Part shown: one piece after another, positions 27,566 through 38,051 of the stretch
Layout: the number at the start of each line of letters is the position of its first letter
Numbering within the stretch: position 1 is the first letter of the stretch
NCBI GenBank assembly: GCA_003599795.1
Contig: QZJQ01000003.1
Span: forward strand, 1-62,521
Length of the DNA: 62,521 nucleotides
Source of the DNA: Nitrospiraceae bacterium
Lineage (GTDB): Bacteria; Nitrospirota; Thermodesulfovibrionia; Thermodesulfovibrionales; UBA1546
Reading direction: 5' to 3'
Notes under the pieces: generated by a model
Told to the model about the DNA's origin: nothing
Databases searched by the model: none
Seen by the model: only the letters and a program-made list of their open reading frames with translations
Translations under genes and position numbers: made by a program

Positions 27566-28854
27566 ACGAAAAGTTTAGAGTTAAAAGTTTAGAGTTAAAA
27601 GTTTTTATATTTTTCTTCTGTTTTTCATTTTTAACTTTTAACTTTCAACTTTCAACTTGCGAAGCAAAGATTTACATTGATATAACCTCTCCGGCGATAA
27701 AAAAACTCCCGATAGCTGTTCAGGAACTCAGCGGCACAGAGGGAAAGCAGCTTGCAGACATCATAAGGGAGGACCTTGAGTTCACGGGTTTTTTCCTCTC
27801 CATTGACAAGGCCGCCTACTTAGAGAAATCGGCTGAAGCGTTCAACCCTAAAAACTGGACTGTAATCGGCGCAGAGGCTGTTATAAAGGGAACTGTGCGC
27901 GGAGAACAAAACCTCACGGCAGTTGTATCGCTTTATGATACAAGCGAAGGCAGAGAGGTGTTAAAGAGAGAATACAAAGGAACAAAGGCATCTCTAAGGC
28001 ATCTGGGCCACACTATTGCAGGCGATATATACCAGCATATTACAGGAGAAAAAGGCATATTCGGGACCAAGGTGGCTTTTGTTGCGGAAGACGAGGGCAA
28101 AAAGGGGCTTTATATGATGTCATGGGACGGCACAGATATTAAACGGCTCGGAATTAAAGGGAATTTTGTCCTCAGGCCGCACTGGTCGCAGGACGGCAAG
28201 AGAATTGTTTACTCATCTGAAAGGGGTGGACAATGGGGTATATATTTGTTAGACTTTACGAAAATGACTGAAAAAAAAGTTTTTGCCTCCAGAGGGCTTA
28301 ATATCACAGGCAATTTTTCCCCTGACGGAGATGAGATTATGTTTTCATCATCGCAGGATGAAACGTATGGCCTTTATAACTTTAGGATTTCAGATTCAAA
28401 ACTTACACGCATAACTTCTGCAAGATGGATAGAGATTTCGCCTGCTGTCTCGCCTGACGGAAAACTTGTCGCCTTTGTATCAGACCGCGGCGGAACCCCC
28501 CAGATATATATAATGAGCAGGAACGGCCATGACACAAGAAGAGTGACTTTTGAAGGCTCGTATAATACCTCGCCAAGCTGGTCTCCTGACGGAAAAAAAA
28601 TCGTGTTTGTCGGGAGAGTCTCAGGCAAGCACCAGATTTTCATTATCTCTCCTGACAGCGCCTCTCTTACACAGCTGACAGACAAAGGCAACAATGAAGA
28701 CCCTTCATTTTCTCCTGACGGAAGATTTATAATATTCTCATCTGACAGAAACGAAGGAAATGGCATTTACATAATGAGGGCCAACGGAGAAGCACAAAAG
28801 AAAATAACCCCGCCGTGGTTACGGGCCTTTGGCCCAAGGTGGTCGCCAAATTAA
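27562..28854 (+). CDS. tolB: Tol-Pal system beta-propeller protein TolB
   Basis: 430-aa; repeated PxWSPDG(K/R) WD40-like blades. The N-terminal 32 codons are encoded by a repeat element. Confidence 0.95.
   Translation: MNEKFRVKSLELKVFIFFFCFSFLTFNFQLSTCEAKIYIDITSPAIKKLPIAVQELSGTEGKQLADIIREDLEFTGFFLSIDKAAYLEKSAEAFNPKNWTVIGAEAVIKGTVRGEQNLTAVVSLYDTSEGREVLKREYKGTKASLRHLGHTIAGDIYQHITGEKGIFGTKVAFVAEDEGKKGLYMMSWDGTDIKRLGIKGNFVLRPHWSQDGKRIVYSSERGGQWGIYLLDFTKMTEKKVFASRGLNITGNFSPDGDEIMFSSSQDETYGLYNFRISDSKLTRITSARWIEISPAVSPDGKLVAFVSDRGGTPQIYIMSRNGHDTRRVTFEGSYNTSPSWSPDGKKIVFVGRVSGKHQIFIISPDSASLTQLTDKGNNEDPSFSPDGRFIIFSSDRNEGNGIYIMRANGEAQKKITPPWLRAFGPRWSPN
27570..27658. repeat. STRR-like heptamer element encoding the TolB signal-peptide region
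   Basis: AGTTTAG AGTTAAA AGTTTAG AGTTAAA AGTTT - T-rich spacer - TTTTAAC TTTTAAC TTTCAAC TTTCAAC; translated KFRVKSLELKVFIFFFCFSFLTFNFQLSTCEA. Confidence 0.85.
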
Positions 28855-28874
28855 ATAGTGAAGGAGGAGGTTTT

Positions 28875-29438
28875 ATGAAAAAGTTTTTGTTGTTGTTCTT
28901 ATCTTTCGTGTTAGTTTTTGTTTTTGCCGGATGCGCAAAAAAAGCAGTAACCGCACCTGTTGAGCAGGAAGCTCCAAAAGAAACAGCCCAAAAAGCAGCT
29001 CCTGTTGAACAGAAGGCAGAAGCTCCGGTTATGGCAAAGGCAGAGCCTAAGAAGGTGGAAACCGTGCCGGTAAAGGAAGTCACAGAGGCAAAAACTTCCA
29101 TGTTCGGGAATATACTTTTTGATTTTGACAAATACACTATAAGGGAAGATGCAAAACCAACCCTCAAGTCAGTAGCAGACTGGATGATGAAAAATAAAGA
29201 TGCAAAGATGATTCTTGAGGGGCACTGCGATGACAGAGGCACAAATGAATACAACCTTGCGCTCGGAGAAAAAAGGGCCAAGTCCGCAAGGGATTACCTC
29301 GTATCATCAGGCGTGGCAAAAAGCAAGCTTGACACGATAAGCCTGGGCGAAGAAAAACCCCTCTGCAAAGAGCAGACCGATGACTGCTGGCAGAAAAACA
29401 GAAGAGTTCAGTTTATATCAGGAAAAGCAGGTAAATAA
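28875..29438 (+). CDS. pal: peptidoglycan-associated lipoprotein Pal (OmpA family)
   Basis: Start ATG 28875 after AAGGAGGAGG; lipobox LVFVFAGC; OmpA_C motifs (EGHCDDRGTNEYNLALGEKRA). Confidence 0.92.
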   Translation: MKKFLLLFLSFVLVFVFAGCAKKAVTAPVEQEAPKETAQKAAPVEQKAEAPVMAKAEPKKVETVPVKEVTEAKTSMFGNILFDFDKYTIREDAKPTLKSVADWMMKNKDAKMILEGHCDDRGTNEYNLALGEKRAKSARDYLVSSGVAKSKLDTISLGEEKPLCKEQTDDCWQKNRRVQFISGKAGK

Positions 29439-30329
29439 GTGAAAAGGTTTATTGTAATTTTTTTCTTGTTTCTTGCGGGCTGCCTGACTGATGAGCTTGA
29501 AGTTATGAAAGCTGATGTTAATCAGCTTAAAAAAGATTCCTATGATGTAAAGAAAGAGGCCTCAGAGACAAAGTCTGCATTTAAGACAGAGATTGCCGAT
29601 ATCAAAGAAAAATCAGCAAAAGAAGACTCGCTTAATGCGATGAGAGAAAGCATGGTGTCGCTGCGCTCAGAGGTCTCCGGAATCTCTAAAGACCTTCAGT
29701 CTTTGACAGGAAGGTTTGACGAGAATAAATATTTTATTGACAAGGCGCTGAAAGATAAATCTTCAGAAATGGATCTGTTGCGCTCCCAGATAACCGCACT
29801 TGAAACACAGTTGAAGGAGATACAGGCAAAGCTCTCTCCAAAAACAGAACCGGATGCCGCGGCAAAAGACAAGCCTGATGTAAAGGACGTAAAAAAAGAA
29901 AAGAAAACTGAGACTGAAGAGACAAAAACCTCCGAGATAAAAGATCCTGCAAAGGTTTATGAAGCAGCCTACGCCTCTTTCAAAACTAAAAAATACAAAG
30001 AGGCCCGGGAAAAATTTGATGCGTTCCAAAAAGAATTCCCGAAAGACAAGCTTGCCGGCAATGCCCAGTTCTGGATTGCTGAATCCTATTACGCTGAAGA
30101 AGACTACGCAGGAGCAATCGTTGAATATGATGCGCTTCTGAAAAATTATCCAAAAAGCGAAAAGGCTCCCGGCGCCCTTTTAAAACAGGGGTATTCATTT
30201 ATTGAGATGGGCGATAAGAAGGCAGCGAGGGGAATCCTTGAACAGCTTAAAGATAAATATCCGAAATCCAGGGAGGCTGTTCTCGCAAAGAAAAAACTGG
30301 AAGATATGACTAAAAAAGGCAAGAAGTAA
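29439..30329 (+). CDS. cpoB: Tol-Pal system protein CpoB/YbgF (coiled coil + TPR)
   Basis: 296-aa, GTG start, lipobox-like LAGC, C-terminal TPR (AQFWIAESYY..., YPKSEKAP). Confidence 0.85.
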   Translation: MKRFIVIFFLFLAGCLTDELEVMKADVNQLKKDSYDVKKEASETKSAFKTEIADIKEKSAKEDSLNAMRESMVSLRSEVSGISKDLQSLTGRFDENKYFIDKALKDKSSEMDLLRSQITALETQLKEIQAKLSPKTEPDAAAKDKPDVKDVKKEKKTETEETKTSEIKDPAKVYEAAYASFKTKKYKEAREKFDAFQKEFPKDKLAGNAQFWIAESYYAEEDYAGAIVEYDALLKNYPKSEKAPGALLKQGYSFIEMGDKKAARGILEQLKDKYPKSREAVLAKKKLEDMTKKGKK

Positions 30330-31316
30330 ATGGCGGAGCTGAGAGATAAATTTAACAGGACGATAGATTACATGCGCATATCCATAACCGACAGGTGCAA
30401 CCTGCGCTGTGTCTATTGCATGCCTTCTGACGGGCTGCGCCTGATAGAGCACAAAGAGATTCTGTCTTATGAAGAGATACTGAGAATAATAAGAATAGCC
30501 TCGGGGCTTGGCGTCAGAAAAATCAGGCTGACAGGCGGCGAGCCCCTGGCAAGAAAAAACATTACAAGCCTGACTTCCTCAATAAAAAATATCCCTGGCA
30601 TCGAAGACTTGAGCATTACGACAAACGGCATCCTGCTTGAAAAGTATGCTGAAAGGCTCATAGAGTCAGGCGTTGACAGGGTAAACGTAAGCCTTGATTC
30701 GCTCAGGCCTGAAAGATTCAAAGAAATTACGAGGGGCGGAGACCTGAATGTCGTCCTTCGCGGAATAGAAGCTGCAAGGAAAAGCGGGCTTCTTCCGGTA
30801 AAGATAAATATGATTCCGATAAAAGGGGTTAACGGAGATGAAATAATAGACTTTGCAAAATTAACCCTCAGCAGTGATTATCATGTCAGGTTTATAGAAT
30901 TCATGCCTTTTGGAAGCCGCGGGTTCTGGAGCGCGGATAAATATATATCCCGCGATGAAATAAAATCCATTGTTGAGACCTTGGGTCTGCTTACGCCTGT
31001 GCGCGTAAGAAAAAACGGGCCTTCAAAATATTTCAGGCTTGAAGGCGCGCAAGGCGTCATCGGCTTTATTAGCGCAATAACCCACCATTTCTGCGAAGAG
31101 TGCAACCGCCTGAGGCTGACTTCAAGCGGAAAACTCAAGCCGTGTTTATTCTCTGAAACAGAGATTGATTTAAAGCCCGCATTAAGAGGCGCTGCGCCTG
31201 ATGACGAAATAGAGAGGCTCCTCAGGCTTGCGATTGAGATAAAACCGGAACGGCACCATATCAGCGACAAAAGCGACCTTAATGTCTATCAGGCAATGTC
31301 ACGGATCGGCGGCTGA
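30330..31316 (+). CDS. moaA: GTP 3',8-cyclase (molybdenum cofactor biosynthesis protein A)
   Basis: 328-aa radical-SAM protein, CNLRCVYC cluster, C-terminal CEECNRLRLTSSGKLKPCL; ends in TGA. Confidence 0.95.
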   Translation: MAELRDKFNRTIDYMRISITDRCNLRCVYCMPSDGLRLIEHKEILSYEEILRIIRIASGLGVRKIRLTGGEPLARKNITSLTSSIKNIPGIEDLSITTNGILLEKYAERLIESGVDRVNVSLDSLRPERFKEITRGGDLNVVLRGIEAARKSGLLPVKINMIPIKGVNGDEIIDFAKLTLSSDYHVRFIEFMPFGSRGFWSADKYISRDEIKSIVETLGLLTPVRVRKNGPSKYFRLEGAQGVIGFISAITHHFCEECNRLRLTSSGKLKPCLFSETEIDLKPALRGAAPDDEIERLLRLAIEIKPERHHISDKSDLNVYQAMSRIGG

Positions 31317-31355
31317 TTATAAAACATAAGAGAGGGAAGACCATGTGCAAGTGCT

Positions 31356-31574
31356 GTGAAACGCATAAAAAGAAAAGCAAGAAGAAATAAGTTCCTTAGG
31401 AACAATGACATGGCGGCGGTGATTCTTTCTGCAGAGGAATACGAGCTTTTAAGACAGGCCGAGGACATCCTTGAGCATCTTGAGATTGCTGAAAAAGTAG
31501 AAAAAAGGCTGAAAGGTCATGACAGATCTAAGAACATCTCTTGGGAGAAGATAAAAAAGAGACATGGCCTATAA
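31356..31574 (+). pseudogene. Phd/YefM-RelB-type antitoxin, apparently 5'-truncated
   Basis: Only the ...AAVILSAEEYELLRQAED segment and the C-terminal tail are present. The usual ~30-aa N-terminal beta-strand region is missing and the gene abuts moaA. Confidence 0.45.
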
Positions 31575-31761
31575 GATTGAATTCATTCCCGATGCGGAAA
31601 ATGACCTTGAAAATCTTGATAAATCGTTAAAAAAAGAAGCCGGCAAAAAGATAGACGCCCTTTCTGAAAATCCATTCCCCGTGCCAACCATTAAGTCGTC
31701 TAATTTTATATTCTCCGCGCAACGAAATGCATCAGCCGACGCGCCACAAAGGCCTGAATAA
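31564..31761 (+). pseudogene. RelE/ParE-family toxin remnant (3'-truncated)
   Basis: N-terminus YKIEFIPDAENDLENLDKSLKKEAGKKIDALSENPF is ParE/RelE-like. Similarity ends at about 31690, where unrelated sequence including an attC-like site begins. Confidence 0.55.
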
Positions 31762-31808
31762 AAAACGCACCACGCTTACTCGCGGTCGGCTGGATGCCGG
31801 TGTTCGGT
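31717..31808 (+). mobile_element. integron attC-like site
   Basis: GCGCAAC - 9 nt - CAGCCGACGCG ... CGCGGTCGGCTG - 9 nt - GTTCGGT; long imperfect inverted repeat, 92 bp. Each terminal box deviates by one base from RYYYAAC / GTTRRRY. Confidence 0.5.
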
Positions 31809-31817
31809 GTACGTTAT

Positions 31818-32879
31818 TCATCTTTTCATATTCTTCTTTGCTGTCTTAATGAAGCGTCCGAATGCCCTGTCCTTTCTACGTTTATCCACATACGACATTT
31901 CGTGGTACTCAGATTCCTTCTTAAGCTTCATATAGCTGGAATAGCGCTCTTGACTCAACTCACCGTTTGTAATTGCAGTAAGAACTGCGCAGCCTGATTC
32001 CTGAGTATGGCTGCAATCAGCATAGCGACACGCCATGGAAAGCTCAATAATATCTTCAAACCCTTTGTTTACACCGTCACTGGCACCCAGAAGGCCTAGT
32101 TCTCTCATTCCAGGTGTATCAATGAACATCATTCCTTTATCAAGAACAATGAGTTGCCTACGCGCTGTTGTGTGTGTGCCTTCTCCTGTTCCACTGACAG
32201 CTTTAGTATCAAGAGCATCCCGTCCAATCAGGTGGTTGATCAGTGTAGTTTTGCCGACGCCAGATGATCCAAGCAGGCAATATGTGCGCCCCGGCATTAA
32301 CACCTGCTGAAATTCATCAAATCCGGAGCCAGTTATGTTGCTGAGGGCAATAACTCTGGTCGTGATGCCAGCATGTCTAATAGCCGCAAGCTTCTGTTGC
32401 AGCTCATCGTGGGTGATCAAGTCCGTTTTGGCAAGAATGACAATCGGCTCAACATGACCGTCAGCTGCCATTACTAAATACCGATTCATTCTATGTAGAT
32501 TAAAGTCAAAGTGACATGACTGAACAATGAAAGCAATGTCAATGTTAGCTGCAATCATCTGGTAGTCCACTTCTACGCCGGCACGTTTTCGGCGTAAAAA
32601 CGTTCTTCGTGGAAAGACCCCATGGATGATTGCCGAAGTGTCGTCATTGTGATACTGCACGGTGACCCAATCGCCAACACAAGGCAGCTCAAACGATGAC
32701 TCAACATGGAAATAGATCTTCCCCGCAAGTTCAGCAGGAATTTCTCCAAGTTCATTCCTGATAATGTAGGAATTGCGGTCAACTGCTGACACGCGAGCAA
32801 TGCCTTGATTTTCGTAGCGAATGGCATCGACATGTGCTTCAAACCATGGATCAAAACCTATGTCAATCAATTTCATCAT
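31818..32879 (-). CDS. rsgA: ribosome small-subunit-dependent GTPase A (RsgA/YjeQ)
   Basis: 353-aa; circularly permuted GTPase motifs (AKTDL, GSSGVGKTTLIN, DTPG) and zinc knuckle CRYADCSHTQESGC. Confidence 0.9.
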   Translation of the reverse strand: MMKLIDIGFDPWFEAHVDAIRYENQGIARVSAVDRNSYIIRNELGEIPAELAGKIYFHVESSFELPCVGDWVTVQYHNDDTSAIIHGVFPRRTFLRRKRAGVEVDYQMIAANIDIAFIVQSCHFDFNLHRMNRYLVMAADGHVEPIVILAKTDLITHDELQQKLAAIRHAGITTRVIALSNITGSGFDEFQQVLMPGRTYCLLGSSGVGKTTLINHLIGRDALDTKAVSGTGEGTHTTARRQLIVLDKGMMFIDTPGMRELGLLGASDGVNKGFEDIIELSMACRYADCSHTQESGCAVLTAITNGELSQERYSSYMKLKKESEYHEMSYVDKRRKDRAFGRFIKTAKKNMKR

Positions 32880-32993
32880 ATCTTGTCACCGAACATATAA
32901 TCTACTTCTACGGCAGATATAGATTATTTGCGTCATGATAGCATAATGTGTTCAATGCTCGCAATGCAGAAAAGCACTAGAGTAGGGTTTTTA

Positions 32994-33022
32994 TTGACAA
33001 GCATGATAAAATAAATTATCAT
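32994..33022 (+). promoter_or_regulatory. sigma-70-type promoter of the relE-like/HTH pair (near-leaderless)
   Basis: TTGACA (32994-32999), 17 nt, TATCAT (33017-33022), ATG at 33033. Confidence 0.5.
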
Positions 33023-33032
33023 TATACTAATC

Positions 33033-33314
33033 ATGGATAGTTTATATAAACCGCCATTTAAGAAGTTTGTTAAAAAGCAATCCAGGGCTTTTCAGTTGGC
33101 AATTGAGGATGAAGTTGAAGGGGTTATAAACAATCCTGATGCGGGAGAGGCTAAAAAAGGCGACTTATCCGGATTAAGGGTGCATAAATTTAAGTTTCAG
33201 AGACAGGAATATTTAATAGCCTATAAAACAGAAGGCCATACTATAGTATTTTACATGATAGGAACTCATGAAAATTTCTATCGTGAACTTAAGCAATATC
33301 TAAGGGAGGTTTAA
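33033..33314 (+). CDS. RelE/ParE-superfamily type II toxin
   Basis: 93-aa; KPPFKKFVKK...GEAKKGDLSGLRVHKFKFQRQEYLIAYK...IVFYMIGTHENFY, typical RelE-fold pattern. Confidence 0.75.
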   Translation: MDSLYKPPFKKFVKKQSRAFQLAIEDEVEGVINNPDAGEAKKGDLSGLRVHKFKFQRQEYLIAYKTEGHTIVFYMIGTHENFYRELKQYLREV

Positions 33315-33319
33315 TAACC

Positions 33320-33619
33320 ATGATAACAGCAAGAAAGGTTTATAAAGAAATCCTTGATATGCCTATAAGGGAAAGGGAAAGGCTCTTTTCTATTATTGCA
33401 AGGGTTGGTTTTGAAAAAGAACATTATACCCATGAAGACGTGTTCAGTGATATAAAGCAGTCTCCTTTTACTATCAAAGAGGCGTCAGAATATCTTGAAG
33501 TTGCTGAGATAACGATTAGAAGATGGGTCAGGGATGACATCCTGAAACACAATAGGATCGGCAAGAATATCGTGTTTGACCCTGATGCTTTAAAGACATT
33601 CAAGAAACTGCGGCAATAG
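33320..33619 (+). CDS. helix-turn-helix (excisionase/MerR-like HTH) protein, probable cognate antitoxin
   Basis: 99-aa; FTIKEASEYLEVAEITIRRWVRDDIL HTH; 5 nt downstream of the toxin gene. Confidence 0.6.
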   Translation: MITARKVYKEILDMPIRERERLFSIIARVGFEKEHYTHEDVFSDIKQSPFTIKEASEYLEVAEITIRRWVRDDILKHNRIGKNIVFDPDALKTFKKLRQ

Positions 33620-33666
33620 ATTGCTGATGAGAAAATAGAACGGACATGTGGTATTGGGATTAAAAA

Positions 33667-33741
33667 TGGTGGGCGATGAGGGTATCGAACCCACGGCCTT
33701 TCCCGTGTGAAGGGAACGCTCTACCACTGAGCTAATCGCCC
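33667..33741 (-). tRNA. tRNA-Val (anticodon CAC), CCA encoded
   Basis: Minus strand GGGCGAT-ta-GCTCagtggtaGAGC-g-TTCCC-ttCACac-GGGAA-aggcc-GTGGGttcgataCCCTC-ATCGCCC-a-CCA; cloverleaf with one T-stem mismatch. Confidence 0.85.
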
Positions 33742-33747
33742 TCTACT

Positions 33748-34989
33748 CTACTCTTCTTTTCTATCGGTAAGCGCAGCAATGCCGGGCAGTTCATTGCCCT
33801 CAAGAAGCTGGAGAGAGGCCCCGCCTCCTGTTGATATAAAGGATATCGCATCAGATACGCCTGCCCTGTGAACTGCGAGGTCAGTGTCTCCTCCTCCGAC
33901 TATCGTGAGGGCGTATGCATCAGCAACGGAATGGGCGATACCGAAAGTGCCCCTTGAAAATGCATCTATCTCAAAAACCCCCATAGGGCCGTTCCATATT
34001 ATTGTCTTTGCGTCCTGCAGAGCCTCCGAGAAAAGCTTTACAGACGCCGGGCCTATATCAAGCGCCCTCCAGCCTTTGGGAATCTCCTGCGTAGTAACCA
34101 GTTTTGTCTCTGAGCCTGCCTCCATGCTCTGCGCTACCACACTGTCAACAGGCAGATAAAATTTCACATTATTGGCTATAAGTTTTTTCCGTATCATCTC
34201 TGCAAATTCAAGCATCTCTGTTTCTACAAGCGAATCTCCGACTTCATATCCCATTGCCTTAATAAAGGTATAAGCCATTCCGCCGCCGACTATTACCTTG
34301 TCAACCTTATCAACAAGATTCTCAAGAACTCCTATCTTGCCTGAGACTTTCGCGCCTCCGAGTATAGCGACAAACGGCCTCACAGGATTATGAACCGTTC
34401 CCTTAAGATATTCTATTTCCTTTCTCATGAGAAAACCTGCGGCTGAAGGCAGAAACTTGGTGATGCCGACAATTGACGCATGCGTCCTGTGCGCCGCTCC
34501 AAAAGCATCATTCACATAATAGTCCGCAAGCTTTGAAAGAGCCCTGGCAAATTCTTCGTCGTTTCTTTCTTCTCCGGGATGGAACCTGAGATTTTCCAGA
34601 AGAAGGACATCTCCTTCCTTCATCTTTGAAACAATGCTTTCAACCTGCGGGCCTATGCAGTCAGGCGCAAAGATAACCTCTTTGCCGAGAAGCCTCTGCA
34701 GCCTCTTTGCAACAGGCGCAAGTGTAAATCTTGGGTCTGCCTTTCCTTTGGGCCTTCCGAGATGGGAAGCAAGTATAACCTTCGCCCCTTCGTCTATTGC
34801 ATAATCTATTGAAGGCAGGGTGGAACGAATCCTGCCGTCATCAGTTATGGTAAGGTTATCATCAAGAGGCACATTAAAGTCCGCCCTTATAAAAACTCTC
34901 TTGCTTTTAATGCTCAGCTCTTCAATTGTAAGTTTGTTCAGGACGTCTTTAATCGGGACATGACTATGATTATTGTTCTTCCTTGCCAT
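33748..34989 (-). CDS. pgk: phosphoglycerate kinase
   Basis: 413-aa; [24 protein letters not shown] motifs. Confidence 0.97.
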   Translation of the reverse strand: MARKNNNHSHVPIKDVLNKLTIEELSIKSKRVFIRADFNVPLDDNLTITDDGRIRSTLPSIDYAIDEGAKVILASHLGRPKGKADPRFTLAPVAKRLQRLLGKEVIFAPDCIGPQVESIVSKMKEGDVLLLENLRFHPGEERNDEEFARALSKLADYYVNDAFGAAHRTHASIVGITKFLPSAAGFLMRKEIEYLKGTVHNPVRPFVAILGGAKVSGKIGVLENLVDKVDKVIVGGGMAYTFIKAMGYEVGDSLVETEMLEFAEMIRKKLIANNVKFYLPVDSVVAQSMEAGSETKLVTTQEIPKGWRALDIGPASVKLFSEALQDAKTIIWNGPMGVFEIDAFSRGTFGIAHSVADAYALTIVGGGDTDLAVHRAGVSDAISFISTGGGASLQLLEGNELPGIAALTDRKEE

Positions 34990-34995
34990 CGCAGG

Positions 34996-36021
<1,026 letters not shown>

Positions 36022-36025
36022 TTAA

Positions 36026-37288
36026 TTATTCCCTGAATTTATAAATAACCATTCCCGTTAAAAGCTTAGGGTAAAAATATGTGGATTTTGGCGGCATTCT
36101 TTCTCCTGAAAGGGCAACTCTCTCAACATCCGCAACCCCCGTAGGATTCAGGAAAAATGCAGCGTCATAAATTCCTTTTTTTACCATATCCCTTGTTTGT
36201 GCAGAATCCATCTCGTATGCCACCTCAGAGATATTCAGCAGTTTCTTAAATATTAGTTCATGTAGTATGGTAACATCAAGTCCTTTTAATGCAGGGCTTA
36301 TGTTTTCAAGCCCAGCGCCCTTATGCCTGAGCAAATACAGCTTATCACTATTGCGATGACAGAAGCCGATAGCATGTTCATATCCGGATAATGCCCCTGC
36401 AATGTCATCCTTTGAGGAGAGAATTTCTACTGCAAAATGTTGTGACAGGATATCAAGAGGATTTTCAGGCAGCTTTTTAACAAGCCTGTGCGCGGGAAGT
36501 ATTGTCAGCCCTTCATCCGACATATTGGCAAGGAACATAAGAACGTAGTCCCATGGTTTCGGTGAATCAGCGGAAATCTTCGCATCACTCTGTCTCTGAG
36601 TCTCTGCATCCATAATCTTCTTAAACTCAAGCGCTGTTTCATATCTGTGATGGCCGTCAGCAATGAATACGGGTTTTCCTTTCAGGTCCTTACCGATTAC
36701 TTCAATATCTTCTTTGGCTTCAATAATCCACAGCCTGTGGATTGCGCCGTCAGAATCTTTCGCCTCCATATAAGGCTTTTGCAGCATGGCCTTGTTTATT
36801 ATTTCTGATGCCTTTTTCTCAGGGCTGTTATAAAGAGAAAAAATCGGGCTTATATTGGCCTTGCAGGCTTTCATGAGGTTTAATCTGTCAGCTTTGGGCT
36901 TAGAGTGCGTGCATTCATGCGGATATACGCCCCTGCCAAGCTCCTCAAGTCGTACGAGGCTGAAGAAACCTCTGAGCCTTTTACGGCTGTCTTTACTCTT
37001 GTAATCTATCTCGTAGGCATAAAAAGCAGGCATTTTACTTCTATGCAGGATTTCTTCTTTCAGCCATGAGTTGAGACTGCCCACTGCCCTTGTGTACTTG
37101 TTCTGTAATTCGTTATCGCCCTCAAGTTCTTTGCCGAAATCAATTCTTACAATGTTATAAGGGCTTTTGCCGTAGAGTTTTTCTTTGTGTTCAGGCGTAA
37201 TGATATCGTAAGGAGGGGCAATTACATCCTCCCCGGAAACTTTTGACATATTGTAGAGGACCCCTTTGAAAGGGACAATTTCAGCCAT
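36026..37288 (-). CDS. DUF1015 domain-containing protein
   Basis: 420-aa; conserved start-of-family pattern (PFKGVLYN, IADGHHRYETA). Confidence 0.75.
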   Translation of the reverse strand: MAEIVPFKGVLYNMSKVSGEDVIAPPYDIITPEHKEKLYGKSPYNIVRIDFGKELEGDNELQNKYTRAVGSLNSWLKEEILHRSKMPAFYAYEIDYKSKDSRKRLRGFFSLVRLEELGRGVYPHECTHSKPKADRLNLMKACKANISPIFSLYNSPEKKASEIINKAMLQKPYMEAKDSDGAIHRLWIIEAKEDIEVIGKDLKGKPVFIADGHHRYETALEFKKIMDAETQRQSDAKISADSPKPWDYVLMFLANMSDEGLTILPAHRLVKKLPENPLDILSQHFAVEILSSKDDIAGALSGYEHAIGFCHRNSDKLYLLRHKGAGLENISPALKGLDVTILHELIFKKLLNISEVAYEMDSAQTRDMVKKGIYDAAFFLNPTGVADVERVALSGERMPPKSTYFYPKLLTGMVIYKFRE

Positions 37289-37378
37289 GTTCTTGGAAGA
37301 AAAATAAAAAAGATGAGATATGATACCACACAGGATTATTGAATTGCCATATTTCTCCTTTGGTATTAAACTTATTAC

Positions 37379-37906
37379 ATGAAGGGCTTTGTTTTGTGGA
37401 TGACAGGGCTTCCGGGAAGCGGCAAGAGCACGCTTGCAGATGAAATCAAGAAAATCTATCCAAAATTTATCATATTAAGGATGGATGAGTTCCGAAAGAT
37501 TGTCACGCCAAAGCCTGCTTATTCAGGCCTTGAGAGGGACCTTGTTTACCGCTCCCTCGTATATCTCGCAAAGATGATGACAGGGCAGGGGCATAACGTA
37601 ATAATAGATGCGACAGGAAACCTCAGAAAATGGAGGACCCTCGCAAGAAGATTGATTCCGAAATATGCGGAGATATATCTTAAATGCCCGCTTGAGGTCA
37701 CTATGAAAAGAGAGCGCAAAAGGGTCTATAGGCATAAGGCGCCGAAGGGCATCTATAAAAAAGGCGCGAAGGGCTGGCCTGTGCCCGGTATGAATGTGCC
37801 GTATGAAGAGCCGAAAAAACCGGAATTAATGATAGAAACCGATGTTGTATCCGTAAAAGAAAGTGCAGGGCTGGTCAAAAAGTTGCTATTCAGGCTCTCA
37901 CGGTAG
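37379..37906 (+). CDS. adenylylsulfate (APS) kinase-like P-loop kinase
   Basis: 175-aa; Walker A GLPGSGKST; APS-kinase-like size and layout. Confidence 0.6.
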   Translation: MKGFVLWMTGLPGSGKSTLADEIKKIYPKFIILRMDEFRKIVTPKPAYSGLERDLVYRSLVYLAKMMTGQGHNVIIDATGNLRKWRTLARRLIPKYAEIYLKCPLEVTMKRERKRVYRHKAPKGIYKKGAKGWPVPGMNVPYEEPKKPELMIETDVVSVKESAGLVKKLLFRLSR

Positions 37907-38051
37907 AAACTTTTTCTGTACTGCCATGATGTTGGCAGGGGAATGCGGGATGTTAAGCCTCATTATAGAGTTTCCCTGATTATCGTATTTTCTCTCTCTT
38001 GAAATTCCTGCGCTTGAAGGGGTATGATTGAGGGGAAAATTTGGAGGAATA

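Noticed and set aside
28815-28874. The upstream extension of the pal ORF given in the track (start 28815).
   Set aside because: It overlaps the tolB 3' end. A strong RBS (AAGGAGGAGG) and a lipoprotein signal begin at ATG 28875.
31343-31390. A 15-codon Cys/Lys-rich mini-ORF (MCKCCETHKKKSKKK) just after moaA.
   Set aside because: It is too short to support. It overlaps the truncated antitoxin frame and could be chance. It is noted only in case ribosome profiling exists.
31317-33741. Is there a classical tRNA-Val-associated genomic island with a duplicated tRNA 3' end?
   Set aside because: The accessory genes do lie on the 3' side of the tRNA. However, I found no direct repeat of the tRNA 3' segment and no integrase gene in the interval.
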